From: Nitrosopumilaceae archaeon
GTDB taxonomy: Archaea > Thermoproteota > Nitrososphaeria > Nitrososphaerales > Nitrosopumilaceae
DNA length: 64,000 nucleotides
Direction: 5' to 3'
Assembly (NCBI GenBank): GCA_965214835.1
Contig: CBDCCK010000002.1
Location: 160,001-224,000, forward strand
Shown: piece by piece, positions 19,811 through 29,858 of the stretch
How the letters are laid out: every line of letters starts with the position of its first letter
How positions within the stretch are numbered: position 1 is the first letter of the stretch
Notes under the pieces: generated by a model
The model's database searches: none
What the model saw: only the letters and a program-made list of their open reading frames with translations
Told to the model about the DNA's origin: nothing
Made by a program: the position numbers and the translations under genes

Positions 19811-20597
19811 CCTTGAGTATGTGCCTTAGGGGGTTTTCCAGCAGGTTTTGCGCGATGACGTATGGTGATTCCTTGTATGGGGGCTCATATCCGCGTTTTT
19901 TCAGGCTGTCTGTAAGCGCTTGTGCCCATTTCCTATCCAGGTTGTCTCCAAGTTCCTGTATTGCATGTGTGATGGCCGACATGTAAAGCGATGGAAACAG
20001 CACATGATCCCTGGCGTTCCTCCTTGCGCGTACCCTGTTAAAAGTGGTCTTGTGCATTCTTATCTGTATTTTATCCCCGCTCAGATCAATCCTGTACTGG
20101 TCCTCGCCTACCGACTTTTCTGGTATTATTTGTATGGCTGACCCTATCTTCTGGATGGAATCAAGCGTGAGCTCGTGCGTGTCCCCCATTGCAAGTATGG
20201 CGCCTGCTGGCAGATGGCACCTTATTCCCTTGAATTCCCTGTCGTGTTCTGCTGAGGAAAATGCCTCTATGTTCCGGATGGCTGCTATGTATGGAAGGAG
20301 TGTTATCTTTTCTGCATAGTCTGCCTCTGTGAGAGTTATTGTGGTCTTGGATTCCCTTATCTGAAATACCTGGCGGGCATATGTGCTTGGGCACCTTACT
20401 GCAATGAAAAAGCCTGCGTTGCCGTCAGTTATCTGCTGGCTCAGAAACCTGCTTTTTAGATCTGTCGTCATTTCTATCTTGATGCATCCGTCAAGTGTCC
20501 TCTGCACGTTGCCATCTATACTCGTGTCAAAGATGCATTCTTTTTGATAATCCTGGCGATCCGGTGATAATACCGGGTGCGGTATCAGCGCAGTCAT
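19791..20597 (-). CDS. Conserved hypothetical partner of the GHKL ATPase (PHPVL...DY N-terminus)
   Basis: 268-aa ORF overlapping both neighbours. Confidence 0.75.
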   Translation of the reverse strand: MTALIPHPVLSPDRQDYQKECIFDTSIDGNVQRTLDGCIKIEMTTDLKSRFLSQQITDGNAGFFIAVRCPSTYARQVFQIRESKTTITLTEADYAEKITLLPYIAAIRNIEAFSSAEHDREFKGIRCHLPAGAILAMGDTHELTLDSIQKIGSAIQIIPEKSVGEDQYRIDLSGDKIQIRMHKTTFNRVRARRNARDHVLFPSLYMSAITHAIQELGDNLDRKWAQALTDSLKKRGYEPPYKESPYVIAQNLLENPLRHILKDDAGNE

Positions 20598-22442
20598 CTT
20601 TCAACCGTGCCTCCCATTGCACACTCCACGATGTCATACCCCGGATAGGCCGCCCCCTTGTCGGTCACGACATCCAGTATTATCCGCCTGTCCGGCGCGG
20701 TGTTTATCTCTACAATGTTGTTGTCAAGTGATACTGAGACTCCGTCTGACGGAAAGACGTTCCTTACATCGTGCAATCGCACGGCGTCTTCATCATATGC
20801 CTCCTCTCCTGCAGGCTTTATCATGAATCGGATGCTGCCTGACTTTGGTGTAAAGGCGACCCGCAGCGTGTTTTCAGATTTGATTATGCGCCGATTGCTT
20901 ATGTTGGTGATGCCGTCGTTGATATGCTGTCTGCCGTCGTTGCCGCCGTCATGTCCGCCATCAGATCCATCAGCACTTTCGGCACCACTGCCATCTCCTG
21001 CTTGACCTCCTCCCCCGTCCCCCTCACGTACCGGTTTGGGTTTTTGTTTTGGAAGCTGGCGTTTCTTGTGTTTAATCTCATCAGGTATGCTATCAGGCAG
21101 ATCTTCATCGTCAAATAATGGTAGTATGTCCTGCAGTTCCGTGAGATTTGTCTGGTTTCCGTCGTTGCCTATCTCCAGTATTTTTTGTATGTGGTCACGC
21201 ACCTTGTCTCCCAGGATTTTAAGCAGTTGATCCGTACTCTTCCGCTCGTTGGGATCTGCAATCCTTTCAAATTCTATTGTCTCGTGGGTCGGAGGCTCCA
21301 TCTTACGTATGCGTTCGTCAGTCCTGTCATCTTCGGCGCATATGACTGCCATAAAGTTCCCAATGTCCCCCAGGCGAGGATGGAACGGGTTTTTCCTGCG
21401 TGATTTCTCATCAGTTATCATCATTCCCCTGCGGTTTATGTACGCCACACGGTTGTCCATGTCGTCATCACCTGTCACGGCCTTTAGGGTGAATCTGCCA
21501 AACTTGCCCTCGATTTTTTCCCAGCCGCCATCGGGGCTCTTGATTATATCGTAATAGTGCCTCCTGTTGACATCATCAAAATCGATTTCGTTTAGCGTCT
21601 CGTGTGATATGGTTTTGCTCCCTACTATTACGCGCAGTTTTTTGTCATGTATTGCAGAAAAGAAATTACGCGCCACGGATTTTATTGCCGCCTTTTCCCA
21701 ACCCTGCTCCATGAACCCGATTATGAATATGCCGCTTCCCTGTGAATCAAGCCTGAACGACTTGTCTATGTCATTGCCCATTATCGGCTGGAAGCGCGAA
21801 TCCCTGAGCTCGTTTGACGTGCCAAAACCCACATTCTGCAAATCATGTCTGTTGTTTTTAGGATCACGATGTGTCACCAGCTGGCACCTGGCAATGAATT
21901 TCTCGTACCGGTTCCGGTTGAGGTATCTGGTGGAATATCCGACCATTTTTAGCTGTGAGGCCACATATGGGGCGTTCTTTCCTATCCCATAGCTTCCCCC
22001 GGCAGCACCAACCCCGGTTTTGTCTGGTGTGCCCTCCATGTACACCAGGGCATCCCATTTGCGGTCTGTCAGTCCGGTGGTATTCTTGTCTACTATTTTG
22101 AGTGTTGGAATACGCTTGCTCTGCAGTATTTTCAGTGATTTCTTGAAGAATTTGACGGCATCATCATGACGAACATAGTTCATCTTCTTTATCGACTCCT
22201 TTATGTGCGGTATCAGGTCGTTGCCGCCGATCATGCGGCTTGTAACATCTATCATTTCCATCGTTACGATGACAGGTAGATCAGAACGTCTGCCATCATG
22301 TGCATCCAGCGAGTTCTGTATTACCTCGCGGATGACATGACCCATCACGTCTGCCCTGAAAAGCTCCTGACTACCGTGATTAAAGCCGGTATCGATCCCC
22401 CCCCCCCGTAGGCGGAAAATTCCACTTTATCTTGTTTGTCAT
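20594..22442 (-). CDS. GHKL (HATPase-like) protein; true start at 22442 is out of frame by +1 at a G11 tract
   Basis: REVIQNSLDA, D.NTTGL, GGSYGIGK motifs; upstream MTNKIKWNFPPTGGGIDTGFN joins in frame only with G10 (plus-strand C11 at 22397-22407). Confidence 0.8.
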
Positions 22443-22538
22443 GCGTTGTCTTGCCATGATCTGAGAGGGACTCACTGCCTTACCATTATGTACCCCAGTA
22501 TAAAGAATTTATGTAACAAACAGACAAGAGTCTCTCCC

Positions 22539-22725
22539 TCAAAAGAATTCGGATACCATCCACTCTATTATTCCAAAAAATATGTCCCAGCCGCCAACTA
22601 TAACTGCCGCGCAGCACAGCGTCACTCCTGCAGGCATCGTTGCCCGCAGCGTGTAATATGCCGTCTTTGCAACCACCATCCCAGAGCATGCTGCCATGAG
22701 TACGATTGCAGGCTTTAACGCATTA
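22539..22725 (-). repeat. Diverged copy of the tadC-like 3' end (~60 codons)
   Basis: ALKPAIVLMAACSGMVVAKTAYYTLRATMPAGVTLCCAAVI...MVSEFF* versus ...MVSEVF* at 36508-36690. Confidence 0.9.
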
Positions 22726-22883
22726 ATTGCTTGGAAATCTCCTAGACAATAAAACTCGATGACGATACCTGAAGGGATTGCCGTCGTGGCAGGCACTACA
22801 ATGCCGTCCCTTAACAATCAACCGAAATCCCGCATTTTTCCAATCTAAATATACCAAACATGTTAAGAGATGACGTTGACGTT

Positions 22884-22971
22884 GGCGTTGGCAAGCCCAC
22901 CGAGCTGATGCCTCGGCGAGTGGCCCCGAGACGGGCCGTTCATGCGGGTTCAACTCCCGTCGCCAACGCTG
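22884..22971 (+). ncRNA. tRNA-like structured element lacking a D-arm
   Basis: GGCGTTGGC/GCCAACGCT stem, CCGAG-CTGATGC-CTCGG hairpin, GGCCC/GGGCC hairpin, T-arm GCGGG-TTCAACT-CCCGT; TAAATATA upstream. Confidence 0.55.
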
Positions 22972-23229
22972 TAATCTATCCAGACATTCTATAAAAAAGT
23001 AGGGATCTGAAAGTTTACAGCTGACGCTGAGATGTAGCCGCATGTGTGATTATAGTCACGGTGGTTCTCATATGGCGGCTTGAATTAACTGCAAAGACAC
23101 GGCACCGGCAGCTGCAATCCCGCACCTCTAGGCTGCAATGCCGCCAAGTAATAATCGTCATTAACTTAGGACATCCTTCAGCAAGTGTCCAAGGCATCAT
23201 ACCGCAAAAACATGTCATGAAATATTAGT

Positions 23230-23724
23230 GTGTATGTGTATGATGATGTAGTGGATCCCAAACCAATCATGTTGAATCCCGAAGATCGGGTATTGTTCAT
23301 AATCAATGACAGGATAATCGAGGGATCCACAAGGTTTCAAAAATACGGCTTTTTGCTGTTCAAGCAGTATCAAAAGGAGCTGACTGAGCTGAGGATGAGT
23401 CATCCCGGCTTTGATTTTTACCGTGACTGGGTTCCCCATCACTTTGGCCCGTACAGCCGACAGCTCAGCCTGGACATGCAGTCCTGCATCAAGGGTGGAC
23501 TGATGAGCAAGGTCCTGATAGACCGTTCAAGCCGTTATGCACTTACACTTAGAGGCCGCGTCAGATGGAGAAAGCTCCTTGCCATCTCTCCTGATCAGGT
23601 CACTGCAATGTCAGAAAAGGTGGCCAACATGCAAAGGACATCCCTTTACGGATTGCTGAGGTCAATCTACAGCGCCTATCCGGAATATGCGGTAAACAGC
23701 CAGATAAAAGAAAGACTACAGTGA
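23230..23724 (+). CDS. YwgA/SocA-like protein, copy 3 (likely start 23269)
   Basis: GSTRFQKYGFL, YRDWVPHHFGPYS, YALTLRGR, IYSAYPEYA. Confidence 0.75.
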   Translation: MYVYDDVVDPKPIMLNPEDRVLFIINDRIIEGSTRFQKYGFLLFKQYQKELTELRMSHPGFDFYRDWVPHHFGPYSRQLSLDMQSCIKGGLMSKVLIDRSSRYALTLRGRVRWRKLLAISPDQVTAMSEKVANMQRTSLYGLLRSIYSAYPEYAVNSQIKERLQ

Positions 23725-24174
23725 TTCCGGGTTCTTTTGCGTTACAGTCCTGATATGTGTCATGAAATGAAACAGCGGCATTGAGAACAATATCATTAAT
23801 GTGAATACAAGCAACAGAAAATCATCTCTGAAAAAGCCCTGCACGGCTGCCAGTCCCAGTATTACAATGGAGAACAGTGCAAGAAAGTCGATTATCACTC
23901 CCTCCTTTTTGTTGTTGTTCTGCTTGGTTCGGTAAAAACCAATTGCCCTTTGAAACGAGGAAAGGTAGGCACGTGTCGTCTCAGAATCGGCATCCCCGGT
24001 GTCTTTTTCCGGCTCGGACATTATGCTCTCAGTCTTCTCTACGAACTTCTCCTGTTCTGCTATCATCTTAGAATAGTGGCTGTCAATATAGAGAAACCTA
24101 GTGGCTATGACTATTCCTATTATTGTCACCATCATCCCCATTATGGAGAATATTCCAGCGTTCCATGGCTCCAT
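23716..24174 (-). CDS. Three-TM membrane protein
   Basis: N-terminal TM, coiled region, two C-terminal TMs; convergent overlap with copy 3. Confidence 0.7.
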   Translation of the reverse strand: MEPWNAGIFSIMGMMVTIIGIVIATRFLYIDSHYSKMIAEQEKFVEKTESIMSEPEKDTGDADSETTRAYLSSFQRAIGFYRTKQNNNKKEGVIIDFLALFSIVILGLAAVQGFFRDDFLLLVFTLMILFSMPLFHFMTHIRTVTQKNPESL

Positions 24175-24650
24175 CCGTATATGTCAAAATGCCCATACAT
24201 AATAAATCGTTACCTAGAGACCGTGATGATGTATGTGACGGCTTTTTGTGATGCATCATGCTTCTGAGGCCGGAGTTCTATGAGGCATTCTTTGGCGAGT
24301 TGAAAAAAATTCGATGGCTGAAGTTTTAGTGTGAGGCTGCGTCCCTGCAACCGGACATGGAATTGCATATCAGTACTTCCTAGATGTACTTTTGCAGACC
24401 CGACACGGCACCTCCGCTACTTTCCGCGATCGTTTACAAACGAGTCGGCCGCATCGACAATGCACGCGACAAACAGCATCATGGTAAACCCCTTCCCTCC
24501 TGCAAATCCGTCCCACTTGGATTCCACGTCTATGAACACGGCAGTCCTCCACAGGTTGTACAGTATGACAGACATATAGAACAGCAGCAGCCTTGATCTG
24601 GACCCCGTATTTTCGAACCACTTTTTGGGCGTTTTTGCGTAGCTCTGGCA

Positions 24651-25487
24651 TCATCTGCCTGCCTCCCTTTGGTGCCGTACGATGAACTCCATCGGAGTGA
24701 GATATCCAAGCGAGGAGTGTATTCTATCGTGATTATAGTCCCTAAAGGCCTCCTTTATGACGTCTGAGGCGTCCTGAAAGGAGCCAAATTCATGGGGCCA
24801 CAGGTATTCCCTCTTGATGCTTCCGTGAAACGACTCTATGTGGCCGTTTTGCTCTGGCGTCCTGTATGCTATGAGCTCGTGCCTGATTCCCAGCTGTTTT
24901 AGGGACTCCCTGAACATACGCGATGTATACTGAGAACCGTTGTCTGTTCGCAGGGTCAGCATGCTGCAGTCCGGATCTGCTGCCGATACCGCATCGAGTA
25001 CGGCCTGAACCGCATTCTCCTTTTGCGCCGTGGTATCAAAGGAGTATGCAAGCCATCTGCGCGAAAAGGCATCAAGTACGTTGAAACAGTAGCACCAGCC
25101 GTCCCCGCCGCAGTCCACGTATGTAATGTCTGCCTGCCACAGCCGGTTGGGGGCATCTGGCCTTGTAAGCTTGCGCGAGGCCCGTATTATGTCGTTTTTG
25201 GTCTTTTTGGGCTCGATCCAGCCTATCTGGCGGTAGATTCGCTGTATCTTTTTGCGGTTTACGCGTACGCCAGTCTCGCGCAATATCTGGTTTGCCATCC
25301 TCCGGGTTCCATACGTCGGCCTTTTCTTGCCTATGGTACGTATGATTGAGACCGTCCCAGAGTCGGCTTTTCTGGTCCGTCTGTCGACGTCCTTCCTGGC
25401 GTAATACCAGGTGCCCTTTGAGACGCCGCAGTATTTCAGGGCCGTGTTGAGGCTCATCTTCTGGTGGCAGATCTGTACGGCATTCAT
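24651..25487 (-). CDS. IS3 OrfB DDE transposase/integrase core
   Basis: WQADITY, TDNGSQY, TPEQNGHIESFH, YNHDRIHSSLGYLTP. Confidence 0.92.
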   Translation of the reverse strand: MNAVQICHQKMSLNTALKYCGVSKGTWYYARKDVDRRTRKADSGTVSIIRTIGKKRPTYGTRRMANQILRETGVRVNRKKIQRIYRQIGWIEPKKTKNDIIRASRKLTRPDAPNRLWQADITYVDCGGDGWCYCFNVLDAFSRRWLAYSFDTTAQKENAVQAVLDAVSAADPDCSMLTLRTDNGSQYTSRMFRESLKQLGIRHELIAYRTPEQNGHIESFHGSIKREYLWPHEFGSFQDASDVIKEAFRDYNHDRIHSSLGYLTPMEFIVRHQREAGR

Positions 25488-25771
25488 CCTTTGCTCAGCT
25501 CCATTGTTTTTTTTAAAGCGTCACAGGCCACTGCATACTCGCCTATGATGCGTTTGAGATTCTGGTTCTCCTTTTGCAGGGCAGCCGCTACCTTGTCATT
25601 CCGGCCCAGGATGGATGCCTTGCCGCCCTCGACGAACCTGTCCATCCACCTGCCAAACGTGGTGGGCGCGATGTTGTGCTTGCGGCACAGCTCGGCAGTG
25701 CTGATGCTGGTCTTGATGGACTCCATCACTATGTCTGTCTTTTCGGCCAATGTGAACTTTTGTTTTTTCAT
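25484..25771 (-). CDS. IS3 OrfA HTH protein
   Basis: FT...K..IV, AELCRKHNI HTH, ENQNLKRIIGE zipper; A8 run near the 3' end is a candidate -1 frameshift site. Confidence 0.9.
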   Translation of the reverse strand: MKKQKFTLAEKTDIVMESIKTSISTAELCRKHNIAPTTFGRWMDRFVEGGKASILGRNDKVAAALQKENQNLKRIIGEYAVACDALKKTMELSKG

Positions 25772-27119
25772 GCCCCGTATGCCCTCCTGTCATATACAAA
25801 TTCTACGCATTTGGGTGGTTCGAATTTTATGGGGTCCTCACCAGCCTGACGACCGGGGAATTGCTGCACGTCTTGCCCATTATCCCCTTGATCACCCTGA
25901 ACCCGGTCTCGATTCCCCACCGACTGCGGTACTCCTCCGGTATCTGCTCAATGACTGCCTCTGCACTTTTAGCAGACATGTTGGTGGCAAAGACCAGATA
26001 CCTGTCGGCTATGGTCTCTTCTGCCTTGTCCTTCTTTGCTGCTGCCGTGCCGTCCTTTTCTACCTCGTCCTTTTCCACAATGACTAGCCTGAATGTGGCG
26101 CTCTTGCCGTCCTTGTTGGTCATTGTATATTTTGATACCGCACCGCGTTCTCCGCGGTCATGCTCCTCTATTGCCGCCACTATCCTCCTGTTCTTGACGG
26201 CAGGCATGATGTAGCTGCCCGTGCTTGTTTCTGCAGCCCTCATGCAGTCCACGTTAAAGAACCCGCGGTCATACAGGAACGTCTTGATCCTCATCCCTGA
26301 TCTGGACGCCTTGCGGATCATTTTAGGCACGAAATCGGCCAGTTTTGCCTCTTTTGGAAGCTGCAGCGAGGAAAGCACGAGGTCAGACCCGTCATCTGAT
26401 CCTATTCCGTGCATGGTAATGTGCGAGAGAAACGTCGACGTGCCGTTCTTGGGCTTTGACTTTCTGGCGATATCCTCCAGGCCCTTGCCATAGTATTCCA
26501 CGTCGGTAACGTCCACTGCCACGACGTCCGTGTTGTGCAGCATGCCTGACCTGCGGGCGCACCTTACCGTATGCTGCAGCATGGAGCTGCACCACTTTTG
26601 CGCATCATCCAGGCTGACGCCCCGGATCGCCTTTAGGATCCAGTCCGGACTAGGCGTACGGCAACTATACGCGCCGCCCTTGGAGGCAGCCCCGTCGTCA
26701 TGCTGCTGCCTGCTGCATTTTGAGGCCCGCCTGCGAAGGTGCGTCACGGCAGATTCTGCAAACATCCTCCTCTCAGACATGAAATATAGAACGCGCAGTG
26801 CGTCGATGTGGTCATACACTGCGTTGCGACTCTTTGAGACGGCCAGCCCGAGCTTGGGAAACCGCCGTCGCAATGTTTTAAACTGTCTCGATGTTATGTC
26901 AAACTGGTGTGCAAACACGTCGTTTTGTGTTACTGACATGATGATGGTTGGCACACCGCCTGATCTATAGTATGATGGTCAAAAAATCTCGGCAAATTGC
27001 GTAATTATCGTGCCTGCAAAAGTACATCGAGGAACTACTGATATGGCTGTGACTCCCATTCCCAGCTGGCAAGGAAATGCGACTTCACGCCGATGTATCA
27101 ATGGAACAACGGAGTTGTA

Positions 27120-27716
27120 TCACGACTCTTTCAAACTTTCAAGTTCTTTGATTACCGCCCCAACTGAGGGGTTCTTGCCAGGGTTTATCCACCGGATGTT
27201 GTTTTCCTCGCACCCCCGGACGCTTTCTTGATCCCGTGTAACCAGAACCATGCCGTATTCCCTGGCATGGTTTAGAACTGAAAAGTCAGACGTCATCGGA
27301 AGCCCCTTCCAGCGCAGTTTTTTCACGCTCTGTGCCTCATAGCATCTTTTTGGAAGCTTGGAGTCAAGCCCGTCATACATTTCATCGAACAGGATTTTGG
27401 TTCTTGGTGGTTTGTGATTCCTGTGTTTTATCGCATCGTCCACGATTGCCGAAATTATAACCGCCAGTACTATGACGATTGGAATGATGCCTGTTCCGAT
27501 GTACGTCAATCCTAATTCTGAAAAACCCTTGGAAATGACTTTCAGTGCTTCCTTGGCATCCCCAGACGCCTCGACAGAATCGATCTCCAATCCTGAACTG
27601 AACGTCTGCAAGGAAATCCCGGAAGCCAGCATCACCGCTCCCACAGTGACTCCAATTGTTGCCAGTAATTGCAAGATGGCAAGCCGCTTCTGAAATTCCC
27701 GTTCTGAACTATCCAT
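27120..27716 (-). CDS. Two-TM membrane protein fused to a DUF5615/Mut7-C-like PIN domain
   Basis: N-terminus paralogous to 32898..33419; C-terminus KILFDEM...SDFSVLNHARE...LVTRD. Confidence 0.7.
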   Translation of the reverse strand: MDSSEREFQKRLAILQLLATIGVTVGAVMLASGISLQTFSSGLEIDSVEASGDAKEALKVISKGFSELGLTYIGTGIIPIVIVLAVIISAIVDDAIKHRNHKPPRTKILFDEMYDGLDSKLPKRCYEAQSVKKLRWKGLPMTSDFSVLNHAREYGMVLVTRDQESVRGCEENNIRWINPGKNPSVGAVIKELESLKES

Positions 27717-27830
27717 GATGATATTTTTACACTCCAGCATGATTTTGCTTATAACCGCAGATTCGTATGCCCCAGCTGGCCATACGGCACATGCAAGGCC
27801 GGCGTCCTTCCACGCGCCACGCATATCAGC

Positions 27831-28250
27831 TCAGAACTTCAGCCATCGAAGCTTTCCCAGCCCGTCAAAGAACTGTCCGTAGATCTCGGATTCTGTGCGG
27901 TTGTTCCTTGGAAAACCTTCAATCATATCCAGTGTTTCCTCCAACACCAGCATCAGCCCAATGTCCTGCTCCGCCGTAAGATGCTCATGAGATATTGCAA
28001 GCATCTTGGCATTCTGCAGCCTGGATCTGAAACCTGCAAGTTTTGTGACTGGCTTAACTGGCATATGGCCGTCACTTCCACCCGTGCCCTTCACTGACGT
28101 CTCGAATTCTTTGAGAAATCCCCTGAGACGGTTTATGCCCCTTCTTCTTCGTCTTGTTCTGGCCAGCAGAAAGACAACTTCGACTGCCATTCCGCCGGCC
28201 AAGCCGCCTATCATTCCCTCTACGATTGAATCTGGTGACAGTTCGAACAT
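27831..28250 (-). CDS. Hypothetical protein with N-terminal TM, paralog of 15073..15459
   Basis: Shared motifs; TM followed by RRRRR. Confidence 0.65.
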   Translation of the reverse strand: MFELSPDSIVEGMIGGLAGGMAVEVVFLLARTRRRRRGINRLRGFLKEFETSVKGTGGSDGHMPVKPVTKLAGFRSRLQNAKMLAISHEHLTAEQDIGLMLVLEETLDMIEGFPRNNRTESEIYGQFFDGLGKLRWLKF

Positions 28251-28395
28251 ACGTACTTCGGAATTTATCATCAAGATTGTTCTTAAGCGACTCTTCGATG
28301 GCTGGATTGCTTACGCTGAGACCGGATTACACACTGCTAGGCCGTACTTCCTGCACGGCATAAGGCGGATCCGGCGGATTGGACGTCATCCCTGG

Positions 28396-28965
28396 TCAGT
28401 GCTTCAGCAGGACTATCCGGCTGATGTCCTTCTCCGTGAACACGATGGCATCGCCTACCTCCACCCACCTCCTTTCGTCTTTTTTCACCTGCAGCAGCTC
28501 CGGGTGTGAGAGTTCCACCTCCCTCCGGTGTTTCTCATCAGTCGACATCACCTTGATCCACCCCCTGTAGACATCCCCCTGGCTGGTGTGTACATCCACC
28601 CAGTCCCCGACGTTGTCAAACGCGAATTTTACCCAGACGCTTCCCCTGTTTACGCCCTTTCTCCACGTGAGGCGCGCAATCTCCCCGAACCCCGTGCCGA
28701 TGACTGCCGCCAGCACAAAGTAGCTGGTTATGACGTCATACTGCAGGATTCTGGTCTCCAGGTCCGATATTGACTGGAACTGCCAGATTGATGCAAAGGG
28801 AACAAAGATGATCACGCTGGAAATCAGGCTCCACAGGGTGGTCTGCAGGTTGTTGAAAACGAATTCGTATGAGGCCCTCCAGATGAACAGCCTAAATGCA
28901 AGGAACCCCGGGGCCAGGAGTATTATGATCGTGTATGCCTCTGTGAGGGACGGAATTTCTGCCAT
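28396..28965 (-). CDS. DUF6338-like membrane protein
   Basis: LLAPGFLAF N-terminus, three TMs, W...F.....WV.V....G..Y.G soluble domain. Confidence 0.7.
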   Translation of the reverse strand: MAEIPSLTEAYTIIILLAPGFLAFRLFIWRASYEFVFNNLQTTLWSLISSVIIFVPFASIWQFQSISDLETRILQYDVITSYFVLAAVIGTGFGEIARLTWRKGVNRGSVWVKFAFDNVGDWVDVHTSQGDVYRGWIKVMSTDEKHRREVELSHPELLQVKKDERRWVEVGDAIVFTEKDISRIVLLKH

Positions 28966-29858
28966 GTCGTGCTTTAATCTGACGCATGGTCAAAGTCGGT
29001 ATTGGCGGGTTTTGGGCGCTTGGGTTCGGACGCTGTCACCGACATGGCGATCTTGTATTGTGATTTGGCATTCTTTTTTTCCTGGTGCTGGCTATCTTTT
29101 TCCACGTACATAATGCATGTCACTGCTATTTATTTTCACCGACGACCGGCTTGTAGCCATCTGGCATGGCACAATCCATTTTTGCTGCAACCTCAAATAA
29201 AAATGGCGAAATCCTGTAATTTCTACTGCGCATACTACGACAATGATTGTTGTTCATACCTGCCAAACCACAAGCCGTCTCTGAAATTCCTGCCCTGAAT
29301 CATTCATGACCGCACCTTCACTCTCCAGCCCGCTTCAAACCCAGATCCACAGATTTGGCAGATATTTTTCCTATGATGTCTGTCAATCCAGATTCAAACT
29401 CCCTTGAGACGTCCCCCGCGCCGCTTGTCGCGTGACATGCCTCGTGAAGCAGCGTTCCCGCATAGTCCTCCAGACTCCCAAGCTGTCCGCGCTTGATGAC
29501 TATTCTCTTTTTGTCCGGCTCCCACAGGCCTACGGCCTCCACTCCCGACTCCTCCCTTCGCATGGTCTCAGACACTGCTATCTCCCCGATGATGCCAGGT
29601 CTTCCGCCGGCCAGGTCAAAGATGGCCCCCGTCCTGTCGAAGACCTTGCGCTCTGAGGAGTCCAGCTCCGACGGTTTTACGAACTTGAACTCAAAGCTGT
29701 CGTTCCATTCCGTGTTGTACTGCCCGAGATCCCTCATTACGTTTCCCGACATGTCCTGCTCCCCGCGTATCTTTTGAACGGTTGTCTCCGGCTAGACTGT
29801 TGCATAACTCCGACTAGAGCCCAGCCAATCCTTCCGGATCACTACCGGTGCTCGGTTC

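Larger units (their letters stand above)
24594..25843 (-). mobile_element. IS3-family insertion sequence (1250 bp)
   Basis: TG...CA ends, imperfect ~28-bp TIRs (GGACCCC...TTCGAACCAC), GCCT target duplication. Confidence 0.92.
24417..26954 (-). pseudogene. ISH3-type transposase split by IS3
   Basis: AVDVTD, YDRGFF, YRSRWGIETGFR; ...SPVVR continues as LLLFYMSVILYNLWR at 24417-24593. Confidence 0.85.
24371..27040 (-). mobile_element. ISH3-family (IS4-like DDE) insertion sequence interrupted by an IS3 element
   Basis: 27-bp TIRs CAGTACTTCCTAGATGTACTTTTGCAG / CAGTAGTTCCTCGATGTACTTTTGCAG, ATAT target duplication. Confidence 0.88.

Noticed and set aside
16601-22442. Canonical dndABCDE or sspABCD phosphorothioation cluster
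   Set aside because: No cysteine desulfurase, SMC-like DndD, DndE or SspB/C; the PP-loop domain is fused and not DndC-like in overall layout
22539-22817. 92-aa ORF as an independent gene
   Set aside because: It is a fragment of the tadC 3' end with an unrelated fortuitous 5' extension
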